From Octopus vulgaris (lineage: Eukaryota), in the NCBI GenBank assembly GCA_951406725.2, contig OX597829.1, positions 28,706,001-28,770,000 of the forward strand: a stretch of DNA of 64,000 nt, in the 5' to 3' direction. The notes beneath the pieces are model-generated. The model had not been told where the DNA came from, made no database searches, and saw nothing but the letters and a program-made list of their open reading frames with translations. The stretch's first letter is position 1. Each line of letters starts with the position of its first letter. A program made the translations under genes and the position numbers. Of the stretch, positions 26,011 to 39,959 are shown piece by piece.

Positions 26011-27337
26011 ACTTCTAAGTCAAAGAAAAATGGCACAGCAGTTTTTCAAGACGGAACAGCAACAGCAACAAAAGCACAGCAGCAGCAGCAACAGTGATAC
26101 CACCACCACCACCACCACAAACAACAATCTTGCTAATTATTGTTGTTGAGGATTCAGAAACTTCAACAAACTATTTGAGAGCTAAGTTAGAGATTAATCT
26201 TAGGAGTGAGTGTAGTACAGACAACTTGTTTCTGCAAGAACTATCCAGAGATACTAATACAAAGTATGAAGAGATATGAAGAACAACTAAAAAAATTTTT
26301 ATGGAAGTAAAAAACAAAACAAAAAAAAAAGTAATAAAAAAATCGTTCTTCATCCAAGACTGTAAATTGGGTTTGATAGGAAGAATATCTAAATAACATC
26401 ATATAATAGTAATAATGAGTAGTAGCAGCAGCAGCAGCAGCTATCCAAATTTTGGCTCAAGGCCAGCAATTTTAGAGGAGAGCTAAGTCAATTACATCAA
26501 CCCCAGTACTGAAAGGATGAAAGGTTGACCTGAGTAGAAACTGAACTTAGAATGTAAAGAGCTGGAAAAAATTAAGACCATGATGATGATGATGATGATG
26601 GTGATTATGACCAGGAGGAGGTAGGTTGTTGTTAGGATAATAATTTAGAATATCACCGTTCACAAGTGCAACAATAATGGTACTGCCACTACCACAGATG
26701 ATGGCAACAACAAGAACAAGTGTGCACAGAAAATTTTTCTTGCAAACCTAGTTATAGAAGTAAACAAACACTGCTACAGTTACTGTTGGTCAGTTTATTA
26801 TACTGTACAGACACAATGGTAAGTCAATAAGTACAGATACTATTATTACTACAGCTGCTGGCTGTATTGCTACAGCTACAGCCAGTGATTGACTGCAAAA
26901 CTGGTGAGGAATTTGGTACAAGTAATCTCAGTACTTAACTATTTTTAAACCTATTACGTTTATTCTATCCTACACTTATTTACTAAACCCTTACATGATG
27001 GGGACATGAAGACAGCAATACTGGTTGTCATGCACTGGTAGGTGGAAAACACACGCACAGATATATACATATATCTTCTTTCAGTTTCTGCCCACCAAAT
27101 TTGAACACAAGGCTTTCGTTGGCCAGGTGCTATATAGTAGAAGACATTTGCTGGCACTGAACCCAAAACCATTAGGCAGAAAGAGAAACTTCTTACCATA
27201 CACCCACGCCTACACTGTGTGTGTGTGTGTGAGTGTGTGTGTGTAAATATATAGAGAGCATTGTACTGCAATAGAAATTTAATTATAACACCAAACATCA
27301 ATAATGCTAATAACAAAGATATTGACTTATCCTACAA

Positions 27338-27717
27338 CTCTCTCTTTACTTGTTTCAGTCATTTGACTACGGCCATGCTGGAGCACTGCCTTTAGTCGAG
27401 CAAATCGACCCCCAGGACTTGTTCTTTGTAAGCCCAGCACTTATTCTATCGGTCTCTTTTGCCGAACCGCTAAGTTACAGGGATGCAAACACACCACCAT
27501 TGGTTGTCAAGCGATGTCGGGTGGAGGGACAAACACAGACAAACACACATATATATATACATATATACGACAGGATTCTTTCAGTTTTCGTCTACCAAAC
27601 CCACCCACAAGGCTTTAGTCGGCCCGAGGCTATAGTAAAAGACACTTGCCCAAGATGCCATGCAGTGGGACTGAACCCGGAACCATGTGGTTGGTAAGCA
27701 AGCTACCACACAGCCAC
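27338..27717 (-). mobile_element. Full-length S1 SINE
   Basis: Closely matches 38964-39315 and the reverse complement of 22092-22480. Confidence 0.85.
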
Positions 27718-27834
27718 GTCCTAATATTTCAGGTAAAATACCATTTTTCAGAGGTATTACGACAAGAGGTGGAGGGAAATACACCTGTTAAATTGGTATG
27801 CTGCTTCCGTGCGTAATATATATATAAAACAATA

Positions 27835-27865
<31 letters not shown>

Positions 27866-27877
27866 ATGAATAATAAA

Positions 27878-28117
27878 TGCACCCTTTTTAAAGCCTAACC
27901 AGGCTCATGGGCCCGGTTTCTCGGTTTCTATGGCGTATGTGTTCCCCAGCTGGACGGGATGTCAGTCCATCACAGTGTTACTCATTTTTGCCAGCTGAGT
28001 GGACTGGAGCAACATTGAAATGAAGTGTTTTGCTCAAGAACACAACGCGTCGCCTGGTCCAGGAATCGAAACCACAATCTTACGATCATGGTGCTGACAC
28101 CCTAACCACTAAGCCTC

Positions 28118-28118
<1 letters not shown>
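27878..28118 (-). mobile_element. S4-type SINE
   Basis: Minus-strand head GGCTTAGTGGTTAGGGTG...GGTTTCGATTCC; similar to 14590-14795. Confidence 0.75.
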
Positions 28119-28155
<37 letters not shown>

Positions 28156-29737
28156 CAGTAAAAAAAAAGAATTTCATTAAGAGATTTTCCCCATGTAGCA
28201 GGTTGTAATGAAAAATATATAAAATAAAAGAAGGAAAACACACACAAATTATGTATTTTTGATGTTTTAAAAGATGGAATATTATGACAGTCTACCAATT
28301 TCGTGTTTCACTAATCATGACATTGAAATTGGTGAAAATATTGCAAATAACAAATTTAGTCCAAATTTATGAGCAAAGCATATCTGGTAACAATCTCAGA
28401 AATTTTACAGGATTCATTATAAAAACCTTGAACTAGACAATACTTTTGTTGTAATACGTATCAGCAGTTCTCATTATCTTTTGAATGTAAACATCTAAGC
28501 CACTCCAAGGACTACTTTAGGTTCAATTTATGAATGAATTTCCTAAGCTTGGCAACCATCTTTACAAGATATCTATAATTCACTGATAGAAACCAAAGAT
28601 ATATGACTCACTCACTCACTCAAACACACATGATGCCATTAAGATTTTTCTAATAGCATGAGTAAAAAGGTTCAAGTTGGATATTTCCTGTAATAGTTTA
28701 TACACACACACACACGCACAGAAATACACATAAATACACATTGTATCGATCCCAAGAGGATGAAAGGGTAAGTTGGCCTCAACAGTATTTGAGCTCAGAA
28801 TATTTAAGATTTAGAACAAAAACTGCAGGACATTTTTACCAACATTGAAACAAATGATTCTGCCAATCCATTTCCCTTAACAACACCAACATGAATAATA
28901 ATAATTCTTTCTGCTATGGACACAAGATCTGGTGGAATTTGAACTCAGAATGTCAAAAAAGGCAGAAGAAAAGCTATTAAGAATTTTGTTGCTGCTATAA
29001 ATAAAAGTTGAAATATGTTCAAGAGTTTATGAAAGTGAATGGAATAAACACACAATTTGTTATAAGAAATAAATTAACTTTAACAGGAAAATTAAACAAT
29101 TATCAGACTGTTCAGTACACAGCTTCAATATAATTTTTAGAATAAAATAAAATAAAAAATAAAGCTCTTTTCCACTTACGTTGTTGTTATAATGTATACA
29201 TCAAATGATATGCAAATTAGCACCAGATAATTATACTTAATATGTCGGTTTTACTTAAATTAATATTTGGTAAATATTTTTAATATTGCAGAATTAAAGA
29301 TATTCAGAATTAACATTATGATCACTTATGACATATCCTACCCCCAAAATATCTTTCAAGAATATAAAAAGATTAAAAAGAAAACAAATAACTGTTTACA
29401 TGAGAAATGATCAGCAAATCCACACACACACACATACTTGTTCCATTATGAATTAATTAAATAATTAATGCAAATCTTTACACCCTTATACATTTCAGGT
29501 CATGACATCACATTTTTTTTTTAAATGACTTACAGACATAATTACATTATGAAGATATACAATTTTATAAAACAGTTGGGAAAAAAACATGTAATTATAA
29601 ATATTACAAAAGGTTTTTAAAATTTCAACAATGAAGTAATTTTTTAAATATATCTATATTTATAGCCAGGATCTAACTATATATGATACTGACTCTTGTT
29701 TTAAGGTTGAATTTCTGAATCAAAAATAAAATATATA

Positions 29738-30922
29738 CAGGGTGCAATGGGTAAGTTGTTGCCATTTTATATTTCTGATTTCATGCATGCCTATTGTTTG
29801 CTTTTGATTTTGTCAACTACACAGTATAGTAGGGTCAGTTGGGCACCATCAGAAAAACAGCACCATGATGCAATTCACTCTGCCAGAAATTTGGAAACGA
29901 CATGCTGCACTACTTGGCATTTGCTCTGGAAGCCCCAATTTGAACATTTTAGAGTGCTTGGGTGTCAATTTGAGGACAGTGCAAAGGATTTGGAAAGAGT
30001 TGGATGAATCTAATGGTGGTTACGAAGTATGGCAGCTCGGAAAACTCACTGATCATTCTCATAAGAAAAGAACTCCTGAATTTGTTGGTGAGATCCATGC
30101 CATGATTGACAACGATCCCTCCAAGTCAATAAGGTGCATCATCAGGGACATGGGAGTGTCTGAGTTTCTTAGCAGGCAGGTAGTGCATGAAAACATTTGG
30201 TATTCCTTATACAAGATAAGAAAGGGCCAATTTTTATCCCAAACCATCAAGGACAAGAGGAAAGACCATGCTATGGAGCTTTTGAACAAACTCAAGCATC
30301 CCCTCCAACTGAAAATGCTTTGGTTTTTCTCAGATGAGAAAAATTTCTGCCAGGATCAGATGGTGAACGCAGAACAACCATTGACTTGCCATGTATCCAA
30401 AAATATTTTACCACACAGCCTCAGACTCAACACGGAGCCTACATCAAGTGCCTGGAGGAGGTAGTGCTGCCCTGAGTCAAGAAGGTGGCTTCTAGAAGAC
30501 ACTATGTCTTGCAACAGGACTCTGCACCATGCCACACAAGCAGGAAAACCCAGTCATGGCTGTCAGACAATTTCTGTGACAACATCACCCCTAACATCTG
30601 GCCACTTAACCCCCCAGACTGCAACCCGCTTCATTATTATGTGTGGGGCAAATAAAACTCCTTGTAACACCAAAGATGAACTGAAGGCAAGGATTATTGC
30701 AGCATTTACCAACTTAAACAAGGAGACTGTCCAGAAGAGTTGCAGGAGATTCCAAAGTCATCTGGAGGCCATGGTTGAAACCAATGGCAATTTTATTGAA
30801 TAATATTACTGTTTAGTATTTCAAGATTATTTTTATGTAATTTTGGTAAATATATGTTAAAACAAGATGTCAGTGTTATTTTCATTTCTGCGTAATTTAG
30901 ACAATTCATTCACCATACCTTG
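29738..30922 (+). mobile_element. Tc1/mariner-superfamily DNA transposon (DD37D/maT-type), defective
   Basis: TA dinucleotide on both sides and imperfect TIRs (CAGGGTGCAATGGGTAAGTTG / GACAATTCATTCACCATACCTTG). Transposase fragments include HTH-like VNLRTVQRIWK, WFFSDEKNF, QQDSAPCH and WPLN[S]PDCNPL. Confidence 0.9.
29865..30803 (+). pseudogene. Frameshifted transposase with an internal deletion
   Basis: Pieces lie in ORFs 29865-30464 and 30504-30803 plus an intermediate frame carrying QQDSAPCH. The third catalytic residue codon reads CAT. Confidence 0.85.
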
Positions 30923-30943
30923 TACATATATACACATACAGAC

Positions 30944-30978
<35 letters not shown>

Positions 30979-31098
30979 AGTGGAATACCCTTTAGAAGAT
31001 GGAAAAAAAGTGGCCAAAAGTGTATTTACCCAGCTTTCTAAACTGTCATTTCAGCCACCCTATGTTTGTGAATTCCCTTATTTTCTGAAGAATACCGA

Positions 31099-31134
<36 letters not shown>

Positions 31135-31475
31135 CATACATACACACACGCATATGTATGAATACATATATATGTAAATATTTCAATATATGTGTACGTG
31201 TGTGTACAGCATAGATATAAGAAAAATCTCTAACACTCAACTACAAACAATAGTAATTAAGATCCATGATATCACACCATTAATGAATGTTATGACTCCC
31301 TTCTTTCTCTAATTACACACTACAATACACTCCAAACATTACAAACATCACCTTCCTTCTTTTTTTATTCTTTTTTCCTGCTTGGCAACAAGCTATACTT
31401 GTACACATACACCAACTGCAAGCTGTTGATATCAAAACATCTTAAGTCTGCTCCAACTACACACCACCATCTTGT

Positions 31476-31537
<62 letters not shown>

Positions 31538-31616
31538 TAACTTCCAGACACATCAAAACCACACCCAAACACTTCTCCATGCATTTGTTATTTGTTATAA
31601 ATGTCTTAAAGTGGAC

Positions 31617-32145
31617 TTAACCCTTTTTGTATCATCCTGATTGGAAACTTCCTTCTAGACCCAAGATACAAACTTCCTGTTGTAAATTAATTCAAAGCAG
31701 TGGTTCTCAACGAGGGCCCATATAAGATTTTAGGGGTCCACACAACAAAACAATAAATTGTTTACAATAGTATTTTGAGAGGCCCTGAAAAGATTTTGCT
31801 TTATATGTATGTATTGATTTGTATTGCAAGAAACAGCTAGGTTTCCTTCTCTAACATTTTACATAATTCAACCAATACAAGTTAGTGTGTGAAAATAATA
31901 GGTATCTTGAAAGAAGTTCCTATAAAATTAGTTTTTAAACATCAAATGGCTATGGGGGTCCACCAGAATATAACAGTAATCAACGGGATCCATAGATAAA
32001 AAAATTTTTGAGAACCCCTGATCTAAATTAAAACCTTTCATATTAATTTTTTTTCCAAACACCATTTCAATAATGGCAAAAATTATTTTATTGAATTTTA
32101 GATTATTTCTTGGAATTAAGTGAAACAAAGGTAGTGTATTTCAAT
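31617..32145 (+). mobile_element. Family-B MITE interrupted by a hAT/Charlie-type MITE (31698-32020)
   Basis: TTAA-CCCTTTT start. The insert has TIRs CAGTGGTTCTCAA...TTGAGAACCCCTG. Family-B sequence (ATCTAAATTAAAACCTT) resumes afterwards. Confidence 0.7.
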
Positions 32146-33218
32146 GTTCCCTGTCGCATGAGGTCAGCCATCATTGGTCAGAGGGTTGATGTCTCTTATC
32201 ATGCTGCCAGCGTTGCACCATGTATAACCAGCAGTCAAGGCCAGCAATTCTGGCAGAGGGAGTAAGTCAATTACATTGATCTCAGTGATTAACTGGTACT
32301 TATTTTACCAAACATGAAAGGATAAAAGGCAAAGTCAAACTTGGCAGAGTTTGAACTTAGAACACTCATAAAGGTGGTGCTCCAGCATGGCCGCAGTCAA
32401 ATGACTGAAACTAGTAAAAGAGTAAAGAAGATGCTGCAAAGCATTTTGCCCAGCATGCTAATGATTCTGCCAGCTCACCGCCTTATTAATAATAATGGTA
32501 ATAATAATAAGCTGTTTAGATATTTCAATCGATTAGAAATTTGCCCATGCTGGAGCAGCATAATAATTACAGTAGAGAATAAGTAATACAATAAAAGCAT
32601 GAAAAAAATATTCTGAGTACAGATGTGAATGAGAAAACCAGTGATCCAGTGTAAACATATTAATTGTAGTAATATAAAATATCAGCTTATTTCATCATTT
32701 TTCTAAATAGGAAATTAGCACTCATTAACGATGGAGAATTTAAAACAGTGGAACTTATGTAACAGTCACACACATACATACACACAAAATTCCATGCAGA
32801 CACACACAGAAATTATACTATGAGTATATATAAGTAATCATACACAAGCACACATACACATTTCATATAGCCCATACTATGAGATGTACACACTTAACTA
32901 AAGAAGCAGAGATGATGGTGTTGGTGGTATGCTGTGTAGATCCCACTCCATAGGTCAGCTCTATTTGAGCAGTCCTCATCGTATATAAGTTATCAACCGA
33001 AAAATTAGGCATAAGCAAGGGTACTCTACATGGACGTTTGATCTGCATAAAACAGCAGTCAAATCTAGTACAAATACTATTATAAAAGTCTTCAAAACTA
33101 ACTGTGATGGTCAATAGCGCAGTTTGGGGGCAATACATGTATTGGACATAGTGTATGTAATATCGTCCTGCTACATACGTGTTTGTGTGTGTCTATCTAT
33201 TTCTCTCTCTCTCTCTCT

Positions 33219-33269
<51 letters not shown>

Positions 33270-33454
33270 TAAGATAGATAGATAGATAGATATATAGAGA
33301 TAGATATAGAAATAGATATAGATAGATAGATAGGTAGATAGATATAGATAAATATAGAGATAGATAGATAGATAGATAGATGGACAGACAGACAGACAGA
33401 TATGCATGTTTATGTTAATAAGAAAAGAAAATGACAAAAGCACAAACAATTATC

Positions 33455-33529
33455 TTTGTTTCTACTATAAGATGCAGTGGACTCATAGTTGAGTGCCTGA
33501 GTAACACCTTATAGCTTCATCAGAGCCTC
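33455..33529 (-). ncRNA. Candidate hammerhead motif with an extended helix II (family H4); 3' strand of helix I missing
   Basis: Minus strand: GAGGCT-CTGATGA-A-GCTATAAGGTG...CATCTTATAGT-A-GAAAC. Helix II is 11 bp (two G-U pairs) with an inner ACTCA/TGAGT hairpin. Confidence 0.55.
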
Positions 33530-34422
33530 AAATATATATACATATGATGATGATGAAGATGATGATGGTGGTGGTGGTGGTGGTGATGATGATGATGAAG
33601 ATGGTGGTGGTGGTGGTGATGACAATAAAGATAAATTAATCAATTCATTTTCGTTTTTAACAGCAGCAACGTTGGTGATTATATGTGGGCGTCCAGAAGA
33701 AAAAGTATTTTAGCACAAACTGGTTCACTGTGTGATGATGCATCTCAAAGAATGGTACTAAAGTGGTTAACAAAGTGGTAGATGTGAAATATACCTTGAA
33801 CTCCACCTTCCCTTACTTACACACACACACACACACACACTGTTCCCTGCCACATGAGGTCATCCATCATAGGTCAGAAGGTAGATGGGGGGGTATATAA
33901 AGGAGGGGATGACACATGTCATCACATCACATCAAAACAAATGTAAACACTGGCAATATTGACATATAAAATCATCAAAGCAAAATCTTGTTTTCCCAAT
34001 CAGGTAAAATTTAGATGATATGCTTATAAAACAAACAGCTGATGATGATGATGACAAAGGTGACAATGACAATGATGATTGATATAACAGTAGCAGCACT
34101 TGATTTAAATATAAATTGATAAACCCATGATGCTGACCTGCACACCTACCTGAAATTGGCATTGCTTCTAAGATACAAAGTAAATTCCTTGGAATGCATG
34201 AATTTTATGGTAATTTGTAGCTACGACAGTAACCTACTCAATATCATGCTGAATCTATTATAGAGGACAAAATGATAACTGTGATGCTTAAAGAGGAGGC
34301 GGGGAACAAGCAGCAGGTTATTTCCAATGGCTGGACACAGCTTCTTTGAAATTGTCATACACACCCCATTGGAATATATATATAAATGCACACACATATA
34401 TATACATATGTATATATACATA

Positions 34423-34467
<45 letters not shown>

Positions 34468-34644
34468 TGCGGCCATACTGGGTACCCACCTTGAATTTTT
34501 AGTCAAATGAATGCTTAAGAATATGTACCAAACAAGACATCTAGACTGACATCTTTACTACATAGTTTTAGAGTAAAAAGAAGCATATACACAGTGTACT
34601 GGTGGGATCGATGAAAAAGGATTCCATCCAGTGAGAGATATTAT

Positions 34645-34872
34645 TTAACCCTTTACATCTAAACTGGGCACATCAGGCCCAAATGTTCTGCATGCTTTAT
34701 GCTCAAACCAACCAGATCCAGCCCCTCACACCTACCCTACAATATCAGTCAAAAAATTAAACAATCACATCATAAAAATCTGAAAGCTACAAGATAATGC
34801 ATGATTAATTGAAAACAATGTGAATAAATGAGCATTACATTTGACAGAATAATCTGAATGTGAAAGGGCTAA
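34645..34872 (+). mobile_element. piggyBac-type MITE family A
   Basis: TTAA-CCCTTTAC...GAAAGGG-CTAA; matches 7538-7764. Confidence 0.75.
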
Positions 34873-35519
34873 TTATGCACGATTTAAATGCAAGCTACTG
34901 TAAGTTTCATGCCTCCTGACAAATACAATTTTTGGACGAGCTTGTGTATTTTGAGCATGAACAATTGCCTGAAAATACATGGCATGGAACACTATCCAAG
35001 CTCATCTGACAAATGTAATTTCAAAGGCATAAAACTTACAGTAACTTGCTTTTAAATCCTGTATGGGTTTATATATACACATATGTATATTAATAATAAA
35101 ATACAATATATATTTCTATAACTGCCAGTTCACCAATTGGCTTCATACCAAGAGTTGAGAAAAATCCTGGCAATCATCAGAAAAAAAACTGAAATACTTT
35201 TCAGACTCCTGGTAACAAAAATCATCCCATACCATGCAATTTCCTTTCACCTTTTTCTGATGGTTGCTGAGCTTTTCTCAATTCCTGGTATGAAACCGAT
35301 TGGTAAAACGGTTGATCTGCAAGTATAACACTACATTTTATTAAGTATAATAAAATGTTAATGAGTTCCTTTTTTCCTTGATTCCTGGATTTTTAGATAA
35401 CTATATATGAGTGAGTGTGTGTAAAAAATTTGGATTGCTTTTAACAATATTGTGAAACAATATTTTTAAACTGGTACATGGTAGCATATTTTGTGTAGAT
35501 AGGGGTACAGGGAGCAAAT

Positions 35520-36560
35520 AGAACTGTCAACTTTGATACTGGAACTGCCACTTCATTTTATTGACAGTAAGGGTGAAATGTAAAGCTGAGTTCAGAACAT
35601 AAAGGGACAAAGATAAAAATCCACAAAAACTTTTTTTTTTGCAATGCTGCAATAATTTCCAAATCAATCATTATAATAACGGTAAAGTCGACCTTGCCAG
35701 AGTCTGAACTCAAAACACAGAGCTAGAAGAAATGCCACTAAGTATTATGTCTGGCATGCTAACAATTCTGCCAGCACACCATCAAATACAATCGGCACAA
35801 GGTCTGAAATTTTAGGGGAAGGGTTAGTCAATTAAATAAAACCATAGCACAACTGGTACTTATTTTGTCAACCCTGAAAGAATAAAAAGCAAAGACAACC
35901 CTAACAAAATTTGAATTTGGAATGTAAAGCCAGAAGAAATTCTGCAAACCATTTTGTCTGATGAACTAACAATTCTGTCAGATCACCACCATAATAATAA
36001 TAATAATAATAATGATGATAATCCTTTCTACTGTAGGCACAAGGCTTGAAATTTGGAGGAAGGGATTAAGTCAAATCCACCTCAAGAGACTAGCACCTTA
36101 TTTTACTGAACCCTAGAGGGGGGAAAGACGAAGTTGACCACAACAGGATTTGAACTCAGAACAAAGACCCAAATGATTATTGCAAAGCATTTTCCCAACA
36201 CACTACCAATTCTGCCAGTACACTACCAGAAGGGATTAGTTGATTACATTGGCCCCAGTATATGACTGGTACTTTATTTTATTGTATTGACCCCAGAAGA
36301 AAAGGCAAAGTTGACTTCAGCAGAATGTCAAGAACTAGAACAAATAATACCTCAAAACATTTTGTTGGATGCTCTACTGATTTTAAATTTGACACAAAAC
36401 CACAAATTTAGGAGGGAAGGGGTATAATCATTCAGGTGACCCTTCGTCCAGTAACTGATAGTTAATTATTTTATCAATCCTGGCAGGAACAAAGACAAAA
36501 TTTGAACTCTGAAGAATTTCAACTCTGAATTTAAAAGGTCTGTAAGCAAACAGTGCAAGA
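35520..36560 (-). mobile_element. Head-to-tail cluster of ~6 decayed S2 SINEs
   Basis: Same recurring S2 motifs as 25190-26010, with CpGs mostly decayed. Confidence 0.7.
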
Positions 36561-37095
36561 TATTCAGTGACAACTTGTATACTTAGTCTTAATACACAGA
36601 TTAAAATGGGGGTATGCTAATCACCATTGTGTTTTGACTCAAGAAGATAGCTTCTCCTTTGTGATGAATATGTGTTCATAAAACACGCAATTCATTAACA
36701 AGGATTCTGGGACAGTTAATTTATTATAATTCTGATGCTCTACCAATTCTGTTGTCAATCAATAATCTGCAACACAATAATTGGTAATGAAATGTGATCA
36801 CTTCAACGTGGATGAAATTACACAGGTTGATCTACAAAAACATTCTCGGATAAGTGGATAAATACACGACAATGGACCTCACCAAGAAAGAACCCCATTG
36901 ACATAAAAGATAGAGATGATGGTAGATGCCTGTTGAATATAAGAGATGGAATGGAGAATCGAGATTTAGCAAATTTGAGCAAACTCCACATCACAGTGTT
37001 AAGAATGCTTATATTAGGGAAAATGAATTTTCAAGGAAAAGCAATAATAATAAAAAAAAAACAGAAACAAAACTGAAAAATAAAAACAATATTAC

Positions 37096-37181
37096 CGTTA
37101 TGTGAAGGCCATTGTCCAGAGAGATGGAGGAGTTAAGATGCCACAAATCTCTCAGTAATTTCCTGTTTCTATGGTATATTC
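37096..37181 (-). other. Candidate 86-bp exon of an unidentified host transcript
   Basis: Minus strand TTTTGTATTTTTCCAG|G...ACG|GTAATA in non-repeat sequence; one open frame; no recognisable protein homology. Confidence 0.3.
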
Positions 37182-37371
37182 CTGGAAAAATACAAAATAA
37201 ACACATTCACAGTCCAGATTTCAAATATTTCTCAATATCAATTCTTTATACTATATATACTATAAACATATATATATACCATAAACATATATATATTTGT
37301 ACATACGTGTACACACAGACACACACACAAATATATATGTTTATGTCAAGTTCACTGTACTCTTTTTATGG

Positions 37372-37404
<33 letters not shown>

Positions 37405-37775
37405 TCATCCTATAAAATCTATTTTCCATGCTGGCAAGGGTTGGATGGTTTCACAAGAGCTAGCAAGCTAGAGAGCTGCATCAGGTTCCAGTCTGATTTG
37501 ATTTGTTTTCTATAGCTGGATGTCCTTTCTGATGCCATATACACACACACAAATATATTTATACATACATACATATATACATGCACATATCTTCACACAT
37601 AGATTACAGCTGTTTCACAGCCTTCTTCATGTGATAATTTCAGTGAATAATAAATTATTTAAAAATGCTATGCATTATATGATACAATTGTATATTTACA
37701 AATCAATGCAGATAAAGAAAGCTAGCTCATCAGATCACTAGATTATGGTTACACCAATGCTTCAACTCTCTCTAT

Positions 37776-37807
<32 letters not shown>

Positions 37808-37829
37808 TCTCTTTTTCATTTCTTTTTTT

Positions 37830-38202
37830 TTCTTTTTTTACTTGTTTCAATCATTTGACAGTGGCCATGCTAGAGCGCCGTCTTTAGTCGAACAAATCGA
37901 CCCCCAGGACTTATTCTTTGTAAGCCTAGTACTTATTGTATTGGCCAATTTTGCTGGACCACTAAATTACAGGGGCATAAACACACTAACATCAGTTGTC
38001 AAGTGATGGCGGGGCAACAAACACAGTCACACACATATATATACAATGGGCTTCTTTCAGTTTCCATCTACCAAATCTAACTCACAAGGCTTTGGCCAGC
38101 CTGAGGCTATAGTAGAAGACATTTTCCAAAGGTGCCATGCAGTGGGACTGAACCCAGAACCATGTGGTTGGGAAGCAAGCTTCTTACCACACAGCCACTC
38201 CT
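37830..38202 (-). mobile_element. S1 SINE
   Basis: Same head, body and tail as the other S1 copies. Confidence 0.8.
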
Positions 38203-38300
38203 CTGCCTATGGTCACTCCTTTCACTTTGACATAGCAAGACTAATAACCTGGTGTAGAACTCAATATACGTATGGCCCAGAACACAATATTATTTGAGGG

Positions 38301-38353
<53 letters not shown>

Positions 38354-38679
38354 GCACACATACATATATACACACATATACATACATACATATACACACA
38401 CATGCAATGCAGGTGTAAATAAATATGTATGTATGAGAAAGAAAGGAGGGAGATGGATAGAGATATGAGTACGAGTGGCAATGGGGAGCGGGTACAATGG
38501 AAATGAAATTAAGATTGGGTTCAAAAGAACTTCTCTCTGGTGTGATGTTGTATGTGTGTGTGTGTGTTTGTATATTATATTAAATTATGTCATATTATAT
38601 TAAATTAATTCGTCGGCTCAACCACAGAACTGCCTTGGTTCCTCCTGCTTCTTAAATAGAAACATTCGACATACCTACA

Positions 38680-39610
38680 CAAGTATGCCCCCACCCTACT
38701 GCGACTTTGTTTCTTCATAACTGCCATAGAAATGGATATTTTCAACAAATTATACCTGAATTTGTAATAAAAACATTTTTCCTTGAGTGGGGAGAGAAGT
38801 TTCAGAAAATTCCCACAAATCCGCTTTGTTTCCCTATAATTTTCAGAAAAATGAACACACTTTTTTTTTCGAAATTTCATATTTCATTTTGTAGTTATGT
38901 GAAGTGTGTGTGTGTTTTATCTTTCATATTAAATTCCGATATAGTTGTAATCTACACACACACTCTTTTACTTGTTTCAGTCATTTGACTGCGGCCATGC
39001 TGGAGCACCGCTTTTAATCGAGCAACTCGACCCCGGGACTTATTCTTTCAGTCTCTTTTGCCGAACCGCTAAGTGACGGGGACGTAAACACACCAGCATC
39101 AGTTGTCAAGCAATGCTAGGGGGACAAACACACACACATACATATATATACATACATATATACGACGGGCTTCTTTCAGTTTCCGTCTACCAAATCCACT
39201 CACAAGGCATTGGTCGGCCCGAGGCTATACTAGAAGACACTTGCCCAGTGTGCCACGCAGTGGGACTGAACCCGGAACCATGTGGTTGGTAGACAGGCTA
39301 CTTACCACTCCTGCGCCACTGAAAATATTTCTTGAAAAATTTCACTCAAAAAAAATATACATTTATCTTAAAGTTATGAGGAAACAAAACTGACTTGTAT
39401 GAATTTTCCGAAACCCTTCTCCCTCCCCACTTACGGGAAAAAATTTTTCACAACAATTTCCGATATGATCAGAATGTACCCCCATCTGAAGAGTATTGGT
39501 TGAAAATTTCATTAGAAAATATTCATTTTTACGGAAACCTATGTAAGAAAGTAGGTGGTGGGGAGCATTTTTACGGAAACCTATGTAAGAAAGTAGGTGG
39601 TGGGGAACAT
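38680..39610. mobile_element. Inverted-arm MITE-like element (arms ~38680-38880 and ~39320-39610) with an S1 SINE between the arms and a 42-bp tandem duplication (39524-39607)
   Basis: ATGCCCCCACCCTAC..TTTTTCCTTGAGTGGGGAGAGAAG..GAAAATTC is similar to the reverse complement of GAATTTTCCGAAACCCTTCTCCCTCCCCACTTACGGGAAAAA..GTAGGTGGTGGGGAGCAT. Confidence 0.5.
38964..39315 (-). mobile_element. Young S1 SINE (CpGs retained)
   Basis: Near-consensus S1 sequence. Confidence 0.85.
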
Positions 39611-39959
39611 TTTACTACTTTATCGCATAATTCAGTGTTTATATGTTCATTTTCAATTAGAATAAGCGTTTCTACTAGAGGCGACAAGGCTCTGGAATTT
39701 AGTGGGAGCGGGGTACGTCGATTATATCGATCTCAGTATTTGGTACTTATTTTATCGACCCCAAAAGGATGAAAGGCAAAGTGACCTCGGCAGCATTTGA
39801 ATTAATAATAATAATAATAATAATAGGTAAGGTTGAGTTATTTCGACATAAACCCGATCGATTCTCAAGTTATTTTTTCTTTTAACATATTTTTAATCAG
39901 TTATTAAAAAACAAAACTCTCAAAATGACACAACCACCGATATTATTATTATTGTTATT

